The notes beneath the pieces were generated by a model. That model did not search any database, had not been told where the DNA came from, and saw nothing but the letters and a program-made list of their open reading frames with translations. A stretch of 64,000 nt of DNA, taken from the NCBI GenBank assembly GCA_951406725.2, contig OX597831.1:12772001-12836000 (forward strand). Direction: 5' to 3'. Numbering within the stretch: position 1 is the first letter of the stretch; every line of letters starts with the position of its first letter. The position numbers were made by a program, and so were the translations under genes. This DNA is from Octopus vulgaris. Taxonomy: Eukaryota. Positions 30,962 through 43,985 of this stretch are shown here, piece by piece.

Positions 30962-31137
30962 ATGTATTGTGTGTGTATATATGTATATGAATGTATATAT
31001 ATATGTGTATATATGTATATGTATGTATATATATATGATAAAAAAAAAATAAAGAACACAACAAGAACAAAAACAACAATGCGAGGATGTGGTACATGCA
31101 AAGTATTAGCAGATGCTCAGAGAAGGAAAAAAAAGAA

Positions 31138-31172
31138 GTTTTACATTTTGAGCAAAGCTCTTTGTCAGAAAC
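31138..31172 (-). ncRNA. Degenerate minimal hammerhead in a short element (about 31040-31245)
   Basis: Minus: GTTT-CTGACAA-AGAGCTTTGCTC-AAAA-TGTA-AAAC (CpG-type decay of CTGACGA/GAAACG). Confidence 0.5.
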
Positions 31173-31257
31173 AGGTGACAGAGGAAAGTCCAAAAGAAAA
31201 GGAAGATGGAGGAAAAAAATACAAATCGCCAATTCACATGTGGTTAAGGCCAGTTTA

Positions 31258-31429
31258 TGGGATTACCTTAGGTTTCTCATCCATAAAGGGTTTAGCCTTA
31301 TGGCATATCATCAGATCCCAAAAACCTGTTGGCCCATGACCGCTTAAAATTGGGTCAACAGGTTTTAGGGATCTGACGGTATGCCATAAGGCTAAACCCT
31401 TTATGGACAGGAAACCCAAGGTAATCCCA
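31258..31429. repeat. Long inverted repeat (79-bp arms, 14-nt loop)
   Basis: TGGGATTACCTT...TTGGCCCA / TGGGTCAAC...AAGGTAATCCCA, about 90% identical. Confidence 0.9.
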
Positions 31430-31633
31430 CTCGCCAACCTCCCCCATTTTTTATATATATTGCTCTACATCTTAGAGTGTGCCTCTTCCTTCAGATTTAT
31501 GTTTTCTACAAACAATCTATATACATATATATATAACAGGAAGCTTTATGAAAATCGACAAAAGACGAAGGCAGGTGGAATTCAAACAAACAATTGTATT
31601 AGTATGGCACTCAGGAAATATAAATACAACAAG

Positions 31634-31671
31634 TCTTTAACGTTTCGAGCCTATGCTCTTCAACAGAAAGA
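31634..31671 (-). ncRNA. Ultra-minimal hammerhead variant (CUGUUGA core) in a TA-flanked element 31535-31738
   Basis: Minus: TCTTT-CTGTTGA-AGAGCATAGGCTC-GAAA-CG-TT-AAAGA. Confidence 0.55.
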
Positions 31672-31789
31672 TACACAGAGAAGAAACACAGAAAGAAGGA
31701 GAGAAAAAAAATACGTGCAGAGGCTAGCGAATCAACATATATATATATACCAGAGTAGGAGCACTAAGCAGTTATAAGTACAATTGTTA

Positions 31790-31986
31790 TGTAATTATCG
31801 GTTTGGATATGCTTCATATGTTCAAACTGGCGAACAAGCTACTCACTGCATTTTGTTACGGAGAATATATCCTGTTTGTTGACAAATGGTGTGTATACAC
31901 CTAGATCAGATTGCAGTGACAAAACACAGTGGGTAGCTTGTTCACTGGTTTGAACATGCCTCAAGCATTTTCAGACTGATAACATT

Positions 31987-31989
<3 letters not shown>
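31790..31989. repeat. Imperfect inverted repeat (about 70-bp arms), MITE-like
   Basis: atgttcaaactggcgaacaagctactcactg / cagtgggtagcttgttcactggtttgaacat. Confidence 0.7.
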
Positions 31990-32047
<58 letters not shown>

Positions 32048-32407
32048 ACTCTTGTCTTTTGCTTCCAGTACTCTTGCTCTTTATTTCTTTTTTTTTTTTT
32101 AACTTTTATTTTTTTCTCTCTATTTTCTTTTTTCTTTTTTTCTTTCTATCTTATTTTCCTCCCTATCTTATACAAGAGAATTGAATATAAACCCATTCCA
32201 ATCTATTTAACATTCACTCTATGTTGACTGGTGATACAGTATGGGCAGATTTTCGAAATCCAATGAATCTTTATACATTTATAAAGTTAGGCAATTTTAC
32301 AAATACACTTTTTCAAGGAGATATGAAGAACCTATCATAATGGGTAATACTACATGTGCTTTTCATATTTTTTATAGTGTGATGTAATTCTTTGGACTAA
32401 CAATGTT

Positions 32408-32500
32408 TGTGGCTGAAGAAAGCTTTAAACCATCTTTCATATCAATAATACACTGATGTAAGAACGGATTGTTTATAAAGCTTGAAACACGTGTACCGTG
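32408..32500 (+). ncRNA. Minimal type I hammerhead ribozyme, intact core, GUA site
   Basis: TGTGG-CTGAAGA-AAGCTTTA...TAAAGCTT-GAAA-CACGTG-TA-CCGTG. Confidence 0.75.
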
Positions 32501-33384
32501 ATATCCTTTGTGTTCTGTTTTTAATTTTATTTGTTATATATATATATATATATATATACATACACACACACAAAATTAAAGTAAATACAGGTTGCAATAT
32601 TTCAGCAAAAAGGAGAACTATATTTGTCACTATATGTGACTGGGGTGTTAATAGGGTGTTAAGAAACACTTACATTGATAGAAATAAGAGCTAAATCACT
32701 CTAATGCTGTAGTTAATGCACATGAATGAAAACATATACACTAACAGGGACCAAAATTGTCCAAAAAATGTTGACTGAGAATTTTTGAGACTGACGTCAT
32801 TTTGGGCAATTTCTGTTACCATCATCAGTTAAACCAGCCCTGTTTTCGGCCATATGTAAAGAAGGGCATCCAGCTGTAGAAATCATGTCAATCCCAGACT
32901 GGAGCCTGGTGCAGCTCCCCAGCTATGGTCAAACTGTCCAACCCGTGCCAGTATGGACAATGGACATTAAATGGTGATGATGATGATGTATAAATATGTC
33001 AGGTCACTCTACCACTACTGGTAACATGTAATGCAGTAGAACTTGTTGCACGTTCGAGTTGTCAGTGACTAAACCGGTTACCCTAGCAAGCTTGATTGGT
33101 GAGAAGGATGATTTTAGACAAATTGTGGGATAAAAAAACAACATCCATCAAAACATGGAGGGGCTTAGGACAGTTATCGGTCATTTGATACAACCAAGGG
33201 TAGATTGTGTTTACCTGCCATTAGTGCAAACTATCTCTCTAGGATGAAGGTCATCTCAATTAGGTATTAACTATGACTAAAGGTATAACGCTTATCTGAA
33301 AACATAAGCAAAAGACATTTCAGAGACGTTCCCTCTATAAATGTGTAAGGAGATTAGAAATATATGTGTGTGTGTGTGTGTGTC

Positions 33385-33448
33385 TCAAAGGATGGAGTTA
33401 GCAAATTATTTTATTGCATTAAAGTAATTTGCTAACTCCATTCTTTGA
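33385..33448. repeat. 29-bp-stem hairpin
   Basis: TCAAAGGATGGAGTTAGCAAATTATTTTA-TTGCAT-TAAAGTAATTTGCTAACTCCATTCTTTGA. Confidence 0.85.
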
Positions 33449-33939
33449 TATTTCTATTATATATACTCAATGGATGTTTTTCAGATTTTTAAATTGTTGG
33501 AGTGGTAGCGCCAGATTAAAAAAAAATAAAAAAGCTTCTCAATTTTCAGTTTTTTTGATAGTCAACATTGACAAGCTTTACGTAGTAAACGCCTGGATTA
33601 TATATCCCAATTCACACAATGTAACACACACACACACGTAGTGAGGGAGAGCGTGAGAAAGAATTCATTATAAAAATAAAATTTAGTTTACAAAATTATT
33701 TCAGTTTTTTTTCCCCCTTTTTTTTTATTGCACCAATTGAGTTACTTTCACACAATTTTGTTAAAAGGCTGCAAGTGATAGTTAAATCTTTTCTTTCGTT
33801 GTCCATCCAATCAAATTCGATAACAAGCCTGCAGCAGATTACAAAGCACCAGTAATCAGCTAATGCATTTGCTTACTAACGTACAGCATGCAGTAGTCTA
33901 TTGATCCAGATTTACAACAGCAATTCCTGCCCTTTACAG

Positions 33940-33999
33940 TTGAACGAGTGCCATATAGCAGGGAGAACTGCCATACAGCTAGTTATAAAAGGTCATATG
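33940..33999 (+). other. Candidate 60-nt frame-preserving exon
   Basis: TACTAAC at about 33874, cctgccctttacag| ... ATG|gtgaga; two open frames; lies in repeat-free sequence. Confidence 0.35.
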
Positions 34000-34163
34000 G
34001 TGAGACAAACGAATGTTTTTGTGGTTTTTTTAATTTCATCAGCAAGACTAACCCTGAAATAAAGCCTTTGAATGGAGCAGTGCCAACTATCAGAACGTTT
34101 TGCAAGGTTATAGGGAGTAAGGAGTGTAGGTATGGCTGTTCCCTGATGAAATTGGCTGTTGGG

Positions 34164-34487
34164 CAATGGTTCTCAACCATTTTTTTGCCTGTGGACCCCT
34201 TTGGTTCCTATTTTATTCAACTGGGCCCCATAGCCATTTGTTGTGTAGAACAAAACATCCTACTGTATTTTTATAATGAAATACTAGGAATTGTATATAA
34301 AACAAAATTGATATTTTGGCAGTGCCCCAGCATGGCCACAGCTTGTGAGCTGAAACTAGATGAAATAAAATAAATAATATTTGGTGAATTGCAGAAGTAA
34401 AAGCCATTTATTGCACATGAATATTAACGAGAAAATTTTATATGGCCCCCTTCAAAGGGCCAAATAGACCCTGGTTGAGATCCCCTG
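34164..34487. mobile_element. hAT (Charlie-like) MITE
   Basis: TIRs CAATGGTTCTCAACC / GGTTGAGATCCCCTG; imperfect 8-bp TSD ctgttggg/ctgtagag. Confidence 0.7.
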
Positions 34488-35974
34488 CTGTAGAGAATTC
34501 CCTGTGCAGTCAATAGTGAAAATGCTTACAGCCACTGAAATAAGGGGCAGAAAGAGAAAGAGCATTTCTTTATTCATCATAAGGTTGAGAAAAAGAGGGG
34601 ATGATACGAGGACAGACAAAACAAACATTGGGGTCAGGGTATCGAATGAGACGAAACATATGAATAAACAAACAATTAAAATATATAGAGACATACACAC
34701 AGGGAGCAGTGTGCAGAATAGGAGAGGAATAGGGGCCGAAACCAGACGTGGTTCTTCTTGATGATGTCTTGAGCTAAGTGGATCCTATAAAAGAGCTGTT
34801 GTGGTAGCAGACCACGAAACATGGTTGTAATTCCTCAGATATATTCTTTGTAATTTTGGCACATGGTACAATGTTGATGTGAAAGGAACAGGTGAGGCAA
34901 TCCCATTCACCCCTGTGCTCAACTGCTACTTTATTTTATTGCCCCCAAAAGGATAAAAAGCAAAGTCAACCTGAACAGAATTTGAACTCAGAAAGTAAAG
35001 AACCTAAAGAAACGCCACTAAGCATTTTGTCAGACATGCTAATGAATTCTGCCAGCTTGGCGCCTTAGAACAGCCAATTATATATTAGCCTCAGTACAGC
35101 GTAGACATACATAACATCTTTGTGTAGCATAAGAGGTGATAAAATAGGTTGGTGCCAAAAATAAAAAGAAATGGACACAAAACACTGCCTCTAAAAGACT
35201 TGTCTAAATCCTTTCTCAACATGGGAAAACAGTTATGATGATGGAGGTGAAGGTGGTGGTGGTGGTGGTAGTGGTGATGATAATGATGATGGTGATGGTT
35301 ATGATGAAGTTTATGATATCTTTCATAAATCTGAACTGATAGTGTAAAATTTAATTAAAAGAATTTGCTAATTAATAAATAATTACACTTGTTGACACAG
35401 AGCCATAATTTTGGAGAGTGAGTATGGTTAATTGAATTAACCAGAGTACATGATTGGTACAGATTTCATAGACCCACAGTGAAAAGCAATGGAGCATAAC
35501 AAAAAAGAAAAATGAAAAATATATATAAAAAAAAAAACTTGGCAAAAATTGAGTTTGGAATAAAAGGTGAAATTGAAAGCAAAAAGGTATTCAGTCAAGC
35601 AATTAAATATTTTTACAACACTAAATTTCAGATATACAATTGCGAGCCAATTGGGAACTCTCTAAGTGGTTGCCAGACCTGCTAGAAACAACAACTAAAT
35701 TCTTCTCAAAGTACACCTTAACATCTTTAAAAAAGGACACACTGAACAGTGTCGACATCATCAGATTGCTTTAACATTCACTTTTCCATGTCAGCATGGG
35801 TCAGATGGAGTTAATTGAGGCAGCTTTCCTATAGCCAGATGCCCTTCCTGTTGCCAACCCTCACATGTTTCCAAGTAAGGTAATATTTACCTCATGGCCA
35901 GACATGTTTTCACAGAATATTGGAAATGAATGACACTGCTTGTATGACAGTGAAACTCATTTACAGCAATCGCA

Positions 35975-36311
35975 TATTTTTTTCTACTCAGGGCACAAAG
36001 ACTGAAATTTGGGGGGACCGGGCCAATCAATTAGATCAACCCCAGTACACAACTAGTACTTAATTTATCGACCCCAAAAGGATGAAAGGCAAAGTTGACC
36101 TCAGCAGAATTTGAACTCAGAACGTAAAGACAGACAAAATACCTATTTCTTTACTACCCACAAGGGGCTAAACACAGAGAGGACAAACAAGGACAGACAA
36201 ACGGATTAAGTCAATTATATCAACCTCAGTGCATAACTGGTACTTAATTTATTGACGAAATACCACTAAGCATTTTGCCCAGCGTGCAATCTTTTCTGCC
36301 AGCTTGCTGTC

Positions 36312-36350
<39 letters not shown>

Positions 36351-36810
36351 TAATAATAATCTTTTCTACTCAAGACACAAGGCCTGAAACTTTTGGGGGA
36401 GGGGGACAGTCAATTATATTGACCCCAGTATGCAACTGGTACTTAATTTATCAACCTTGAAAGGAGGAAAGGCAAAGTCGACCCCAGCAGAATTTGAACT
36501 CAGAACGTAAAGACAGACGAAATACCGCTAAGCATTTTGCCTGGTGAGCTAACATTTCTGCCAGCTCGCTGCCTTGTTCCACTTCTATCATTAATGGAAA
36601 GTTTTTTAAGGTGGTAAGCTGGCAGAACAGTTAGCTCACCAGGCATTTCATTTGTCTTTATGTTCTGAGTTCAAATTCTGCCGAGGTCAACTTTGCCTTT
36701 CATTCTTTCGAGGCCAATAAAATAAGAACCAGTTAAGCACTGGGATTGATGTGATTAACTAGACCCTTTCTCCCAAAATTGCAGGACCTGTGCCTATAAT
36801 AAAAAAATGA
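35975..36810. mobile_element. Cluster of three SINE family B copies (two minus, one plus)
   Basis: Repeated gaatttgaactcagaacgtaaag / ctgagttcaaattctgccgagg. Confidence 0.75.
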
Positions 36811-37817
36811 TTATTAATGAAAACTCAGGAGCTTTTCAGTACTTCTTCCAACTCTTTCCATTCTAAGTTCAAATCTCACTGAGGTTATCTCTGCCTTTCA
36901 TTTCCTTGGGATCAAGTACTGGGGTATCAACTAACATCTACATCCCCTAAAACTGCTGACCTTGAGGCCAAATCAGAAACAATTACAAATGAAAACTTTG
37001 AATCTTTAGTCCCCTCATGAAATCCCTTTTGTTAGTAAAAAAAAGTGGGGGTGGAATCAATTTTAGTAAAACTACAACAATGTCCAAAATTTTAATTGAA
37101 CCAGTTTTTATTAAACCTTTCTGTAGTGGAAAGCAGTTTTATATAACCATTCTCTCTTTTGTCGAGGAATGTCATGTTTGGAACTATTGTAAGCTGAGAT
37201 ATGTCAAGTTTATTGACTTACAGAAAATACCAATTCTATTTTTAGTAGATATTTAACTTCATTACCGGAATAATTATGGAATCTGATTTCCCAGTGAAAG
37301 GGTCAAGGTAATTCTTTACTATAAGTCTTTAGACATAACTCCCAGACTTCAAACTAAAATTTACTTCAATGATTTTTTTTTCTTTTGATCTCAGAAGCTA
37401 AAATCACACAAAAACAGAAAGAAAATGGTTTCGCTCTGGTTATGTGATTAAGAACCTCACTTTGCAACCACGAGGTTTTGAGTTCAGTCCTGCTGTGTGG
37501 CACCTAGAGCAAGTGTCTTTTATAGTCCTGACCTGACTGATGCCTCATGAGTGAAATTTGGTAGACGGAAACTGTGTAGAATCCTATTGTATATAGATAT
37601 GTGTGTGTGTGTGGGGGGGGTGTTTCTCACTACAGCTTCACAAGTGTTGGTTTGTTTATGTCGCAGTAACTTAGCAGTTTAGCAAAAGATAATAATAAAG
37701 CAAGTTTCAAACTTAAAGAACAATAAATAAATAAGTGCTCCAGTTTGGCCACTGCCCAAAGACTGAAGCAAGTAAAAGACTAAAGAAAAATTTCTTACAA
37801 TCAATATAAGATGTTTT

Positions 37818-38392
37818 AAAGGTGTTGAGCTGGCAGAAATCTGTCTTTACGTTCTGAGTTCAAATTCTGCCAAGCTTAACTTTCCCTTTCATCCTTTCGG
37901 GGTTGATAACTTAAATACCAGTTGCATACTGGGGTCAATCTAATCAACTGCCCCCATCTCCCCCAAAATTTCAGGCCTTGTGCCTAGAGAAGAAATGAAT
38001 ATTTTAAAGGCATTGAGCTCGCAGAAACGCTAGCATGCCAGGTGAAATGCTTAGCAGTATTTCGTCTGCCCTTACGTTCTGAGTTCAAATTCCGCCAAGA
38101 TCAACTTTGCCTGTCATCCTTTTGGGGTGGATAAATTAAAGGACCAGTTATGCACTGGGGTCGATATAATCAACTTAATCCATTTGTCTGTGTTTGTTTG
38201 TCCTCTCTGTGTTTAGCCCCTTGTGGATAGTAAAGAAATAGGTATTTTGTCTGTCTTTACGTTCTGAGTTCAAATTCTGCCTAAGTCGACTTTGCCTTTC
38301 ATCTTTTTGAGGTCGATAAGTTAAGTACCAATTGTGTAGTGGGGTTGATCTAATCCCAAAAAGTTCAGGCCTTGTGCCTTGAGAAGAAAAGA
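37818..38392 (+). mobile_element. Tandem/dimeric SINE family B copies
   Basis: Three successive gttctgagttcaaatt blocks. Confidence 0.75.
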
Positions 38393-38945
38393 ATATAAGA
38401 TGTTTTAGATTTCGGTAGGATTGTTGTCTGTTGCTTTTGAAAATAAAACATACAAAATATAAACAAACTGTGATATAGGTATATATTTAAAACCCAAAAC
38501 ATTCTTTAAAAGACGTATGATCTAGACTTTGTAGAGAATGTTTGTGTCGACTGTTCAATTAAAAGGAGACATTAGAAGAATTGCGAAAAATATAAATTGC
38601 AGTTAGATTTATCAAAATGTTAAATGTCCACGTGAATAGACATCCTGAAGTGTTGTGTCTGCTGTTGTTTATATCACCAATTATGGTGTGGCACCAGAGG
38701 CTAAGATATAGATTGGAAGAGAAATTTTACAAGAATCTGATCATGAAACCATCTTTTATAAACTCAATTAATTGGACAAGACAAAAAAAAAAAAATGGTT
38801 GGTTTTTTTTTTTATTATTTTTGTTTGAGACATCACCAAATTATGATGTGGAGGCAGAAAAAATTCTGAACAAAATTATACGTAATTTATTCCATTTAAA
38901 AGCTATCTGCAAATGAGGGGGAAAAAATATATATATATTCACACA

Positions 38946-38979
<34 letters not shown>

Positions 38980-39058
38980 CACACACTCATATATATATAT
39001 ATATGTATGTATGTATGTGTGTGTGTGTGTGTGTATGTAATGTGTATATGTATGTGTG

Positions 39059-39091
<33 letters not shown>

Positions 39092-39799
39092 ATACATATA
39101 TATATATAAAGTAATCCATTATTAAATTAAGTAAATATAAGGTGCCCAGACATAGCTATATGGTTACAAAGTTCATTTCATGTCTGAGTGATTCTGAGTT
39201 TAATACTGTGATGGGGCAATTTGGACAAGTGTCTTTTTATTTTGAATGACTAAAGCTTTCTGAATAAAATTTGATAGAAACTGCATTTTCTATCAAATGC
39301 ATGTGTGTGCCTATGCATATATATATATATATATATCATCATCACCATCATCATCATTATTTAATGTCTGTTTCTATGCTGGCATGGGTTGGAATGTTTG
39401 GCAGGAGCTGGCACCAAGCTTCAATTGTCTATTTTGGAATGGTTACAATGGCTGGATGACTTTCCAAATGCCAAATTCTTTACAGTCTGTACTGTGTGCA
39501 TTTTACATGGCACCAGCTACAGGTACTTTTTATGTGTCACCAGCACATACATACATGCGTGTGTGTGTGTGTGTGTGAAGTAATTCTCTTTTGGAATGAT
39601 GAATCCCAAAGCAGATAAAGCTATAAATAATATCCCCCACACCACCACCACCACCACCATGGCACTCCACATCCCTGCCACTACCACTCCACACCACTAA
39701 TATATGAAATAAAAGTCTGAGGAGAGATTAAAGTTCAAGAACAATGATAATTTGAAACGATGGAAGAATGGTTTTTCTCAACAATATTGCACAACCATA

Positions 39800-40009
39800 T
39801 ACTCTTTACTCTTTCACTTGTTTTAGTCATTTGACTGTGGCCATGCTGGAACACCACCTTTAGTCAAGCAAATCGACCCCAGGACTTATTCTTTGGAAAC
39901 CTAGTTCTTATTTTACCGGTCTCTTTTGCCGAACTGCTAAGTTACAGGGACTTAAACACACCAGCATTGGTTGTCAATTGATGTTAGGGGGACAAATACA
40001 GGCACACAA

Positions 40010-40052
<43 letters not shown>

Positions 40053-40227
40053 CATATACACATACATATATATGACGGGCTTCTTTCAGTTTCCGTTGAC
40101 CAAATCCACACACAAGACTTTGGTCGGCCCGAGGCTATAGCACAAGACATTTGTCCAAGGTGCCATGCAGTGGGAATGAACCCGGAACTATGTGGTTCGT
40201 AAGCAAGCTACTTACCACACAGCCACT
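39800..40227 (-). mobile_element. SINE family A, near full length
   Basis: Matches 7284-7695. Confidence 0.8.
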
Positions 40228-40662
40228 CATACATCTCGCCTGATTTTGGGTATCCTCCATTTCCAAACCAACCCTCCCAATCCCCTTCTCCACCTTTTCC
40301 CCGGTCTACCTCGCTTTCATGCTCCATTTACCTCAAATAATCTAACACTAATGATGCAGAATATTCACTTGTATAGACTAACAACAGATCCTCTGTGGGG
40401 TCACTTGACCTTCTAGAAATAACAGCCAAATCTCTCTCAAAATCGTGTCCTACATTCTTAATCCCTTAACCTATAAGCCAGCCACATCCAGCCCAGGTGT
40501 TTTATCGATTTTACATTCAAGCCAGTCAGATCTGGCCTCTCACACTTCCTCTACAATGTCATTCTAAAAATAAAAATACCACATCATCGAAATTTTGAAG
40601 TTATAAGATAAAGGCAAGACTAATACAGAACACTGTTTGTAAATAAGCATTACATTTGATAG

Positions 40663-40959
40663 GTTGTTCCTTCTTGAGCCATGCCTGGCTCTTAGGGCCG
40701 GTTTTCTGGTTTCCTTGGCGTATAGGTTCCCCACATGGACGGGACACCGGTCCGTCGCAGGTGAGCTGCAAGATGCAGGAGGAAAGAGTGAAAGAAAGTT
40801 GTGGCGAAAGAGTCAGCAGAAGTTTGCCATTACCTTCAGCCAGAGCCACGTGGAGCTTAGGAGTTTCACTCATAAACACATATTGCCCGGTTTCAGATTC
40901 GAACCCACGATCCCTTGACTGCGAGTCCGCTGCTCTAACCACTAGGCCATATGCCTTCA
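40663..40959 (-). mobile_element. Young tRNA-derived SINE with 15-bp TSD, inserted in a piggyBac-like MITE
   Basis: A-box TGGCCTAGTGG, B-box GGTTCGAATC; TSD CATTACATTTGATAG at 40648-40662 and 40960-40974. Confidence 0.85.
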
Positions 40960-42448
40960 CATTACATTTGATAGAGAATCTGAATATTGATTTCAAATTT
41001 TGACGCAAGACCAGCCTATTTCTGGAGAGGGAGTAAGTTGATTACATCGCCCCCAGCGCACAACTGGTACTTATTTTACCAACCCCAAGAGGATAAACAG
41101 CAAAGTCAACCATGGCAGAAATTGAACTGAGAATGTAAAGACAGAAGCATTTTGTCCAGTGTGTTAATGATTCTGCTGGCCTACTGCCTATGGTTATGAT
41201 TGGAACAACGTCCACCATATGTCTACTCAGGGCTAAACATAATTACTAAAGTAACAAACTATTTCATTGTTTAGAAACTTATTAACAGAAGACCCATCAA
41301 ACTAAGTAAAGTCCTGGTGGTCCTTACACACAGGCATGTCCCCTAGACCCTTGTTTAGCTGTGCGATCCTAATCTTGGAGGCTCAGGGGCACTGGTGTCA
41401 TGGAAAAAGCACCTGTACTGTGCACCACATGAAAGCATATATATGTATATATATGTGTGTGTGTGTGTGTCTGTGCTTGTTCCCCCACCATCGCTTGACA
41501 ACTGGTGTTGCTTTGTTTGACTAAAGGTGGTGCTACAGCATGGCCACAGTCAAATGACTGAAACAAGTAAATGAATTAACATATTCATATATATATATAT
41601 ATATATATAATATATAAATATATTTATATATATATGTATATAATTGAAAGAAAAACCTCTATTAAACAATTCAATAATGAGAGGTGTTATTTGCACCACA
41701 CATATATTCATACACGCATACACAACAGGCTTCTTTCAATTGTCATCTATCAAATCCATTCACCAGGCGTCAGTTGGCCCAGGGCTACAACAAAAGACAC
41801 TTGCGCAAGGTGCCACACAGTGGAACTGAACCCAAGACTATGTGGTTGGGAAGCAAACTTCTTACCATACAGCCACAGCCACGTCTGCATCTTTATGATT
41901 CAAACACCATATCCATCAAGAGTAGATTAACTTATATGAGAATTGGGAAAAGGACTTTCCTGTTATCTGCGATTGCCTAAAATAAATTTCACAGACTCAA
42001 GACATTAAAAGCAATATTAACACACGGTCTTTAAACTCCATTTCATTCAAGAACATTTTACTCATATTTTTAAAATTTCCTTATCAGTGTCTTTGATGAA
42101 TAAGTTATAAATTCTGCTGTACAACCGGCATTGAAACAATATCACAGATGCTATGTTAGAGCTAGATATTCCAGATAGAAATAATTAACACAGCTGCCTT
42201 TTAGTATTATCATTATTGTCATCAGTAGAGCTAAATAGGGTGAATGGTGTCTGCTCTTTGTAAATTTCAATGCTTTGTCACTATTTAATAACATTTAAAC
42301 AGCTCACATCAACATCTTCTCTTGTATAATTTTGTCAAAAACAATCAGGAACTTTTAACTTACATATTTTTATTAATACCATTTTGTTGTTTTTTTTTTC
42401 TTCTTCATGGCATATTAATTCCTGAATTCTGTTTTACTATTCCTTGCT

Positions 42449-42676
42449 TTCACCCTTTAGCCTTCAGATCACTCTGTCAAACGTAAGGCTTAGTCATTCA
42501 CATTGGTTTAATTTAATCGTGCATCATCTCACAGCGTCAAAATTTTCATAATGTAACTATTCATTTTTAGAATGACATTGTAGGGTAGGCGTGAGAAGCT
42601 AAATCTGGTCAGTTTGGATATAAATCATGTAGAATAAACAGGTCTGATCTGGCCAGATTAAATGCTGAAGGGTTAA
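42449..42676. mobile_element. Second piggyBac-like MITE family
   Basis: CCCTTTAGC...GCTGAAGGGTTAA termini; related copies at about 40466-40990 and 47230-47420. Confidence 0.6.
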
Positions 42677-42694
42677 ATATGGAGGCAAGATATA

Positions 42695-42927
42695 TATTTC
42701 TTTATTGCCCACAAGGGGCTAAACATAGAGGAGACAAACAAGGACAGACAAACATATTAAGTCGATTACATCGACCCCAGTGTGAAACTGGTACTTTATT
42801 TATGGACCCCGAAAGGATGAAAGGCAAAGTTAACCTCGGCGGGATTTGAACTCAGAACGTAACGACAGATAAAATACCGCTAAGCATTCCACCTGGCGTG
42901 CTAACATTTCTGCCAGCTCGCCACCCT
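42695..42927 (-). mobile_element. SINE family B
   Basis: Family B body; ggaggcaagatata repeated on both sides (TSD-like). Confidence 0.8.
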
Positions 42928-43985
42928 TGGAGGCAAGATATAACTGTCTGGCTAAGTTTCCTTTGTAACTATGTGGTTCCAGATTTTATCACATTGGGTG
43001 CAATCACACGCACACACACACACACAAATACAACCACTTTGGATAAGTGTCTTTGCTAGGAGCCCCATTTAAACAATGCCCTAAAAGTGGAATTTGGTAG
43101 ATGGAAGGTGTGCAGAAGCATATCATATACATCATCATCATATCCAGTTTCCAAGTTTGCATGGCTCAGATGGACTTTGTTGAGACAGATTTCTATGACT
43201 GGATTATCTTCCTGTTGCCAGCTTTCATTTGTTTCCAGGAAGAGTAATATTTCCCCATGTCCAGACATGTTTTCATGGAAGACTGGAAACTAAGTGTGCC
43301 ACTTGTATGACAAGGGAACTTGTTTACAACTATCATGCAATGTGAAAATGAGGAGAGACAAACATACCCCTAAAATTCATGTTCACACAAACAGACAGAT
43401 AGATACAATGGGCTTCTTTCTGTTTCCAACCACCAAATCTTCTGACAAGGCTTTGGTCAGCCTGAATCTCAAATAGAAGACACTTGCCCAAGGTGCCACA
43501 GAGTGGGACTGAACCTGAAACCATGTGATCTGGAAACAAACTCAACCAGACAGCCACCCATATGTGTGTTTGTGTGCATGTGGATGTGTGTGTGTATGTG
43601 CGTGTGTGTGCATGCATATGTATGTCCATGGGCAACATAATACAACAAGCAGTTAAAATGTTTAAATGATTTATCAAAGAAATCTAACAACATTTATGAT
43701 AGGGGTTTGGTTCCATGAAAAGCAAAAAAACCTTACAAATGAATAAAGAAGAATAATTCCCACCTACTTTTTTAATGAAACAAAGGCTTGATTCACTGAC
43801 ACCAAACTCACCCTCAACCCACACCCTACAGCAAAGCTTCCACCATCGTGGATTTTCTTAAATCATCTTTATCTTTCTCTTTAAAGAATACACTTATGTG
43901 TGTAGTTTGTTATGGTTAGGTACCTTAGTACTTTTTCTGTTCACTGGTCCCATGTATAAGTCAGTGCATTCTTGGTGGCTGAGTA

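Noticed and set aside
40880-40959. tRNA gene
   Set aside because: No acceptor stem; continues into a SINE body with a TSD
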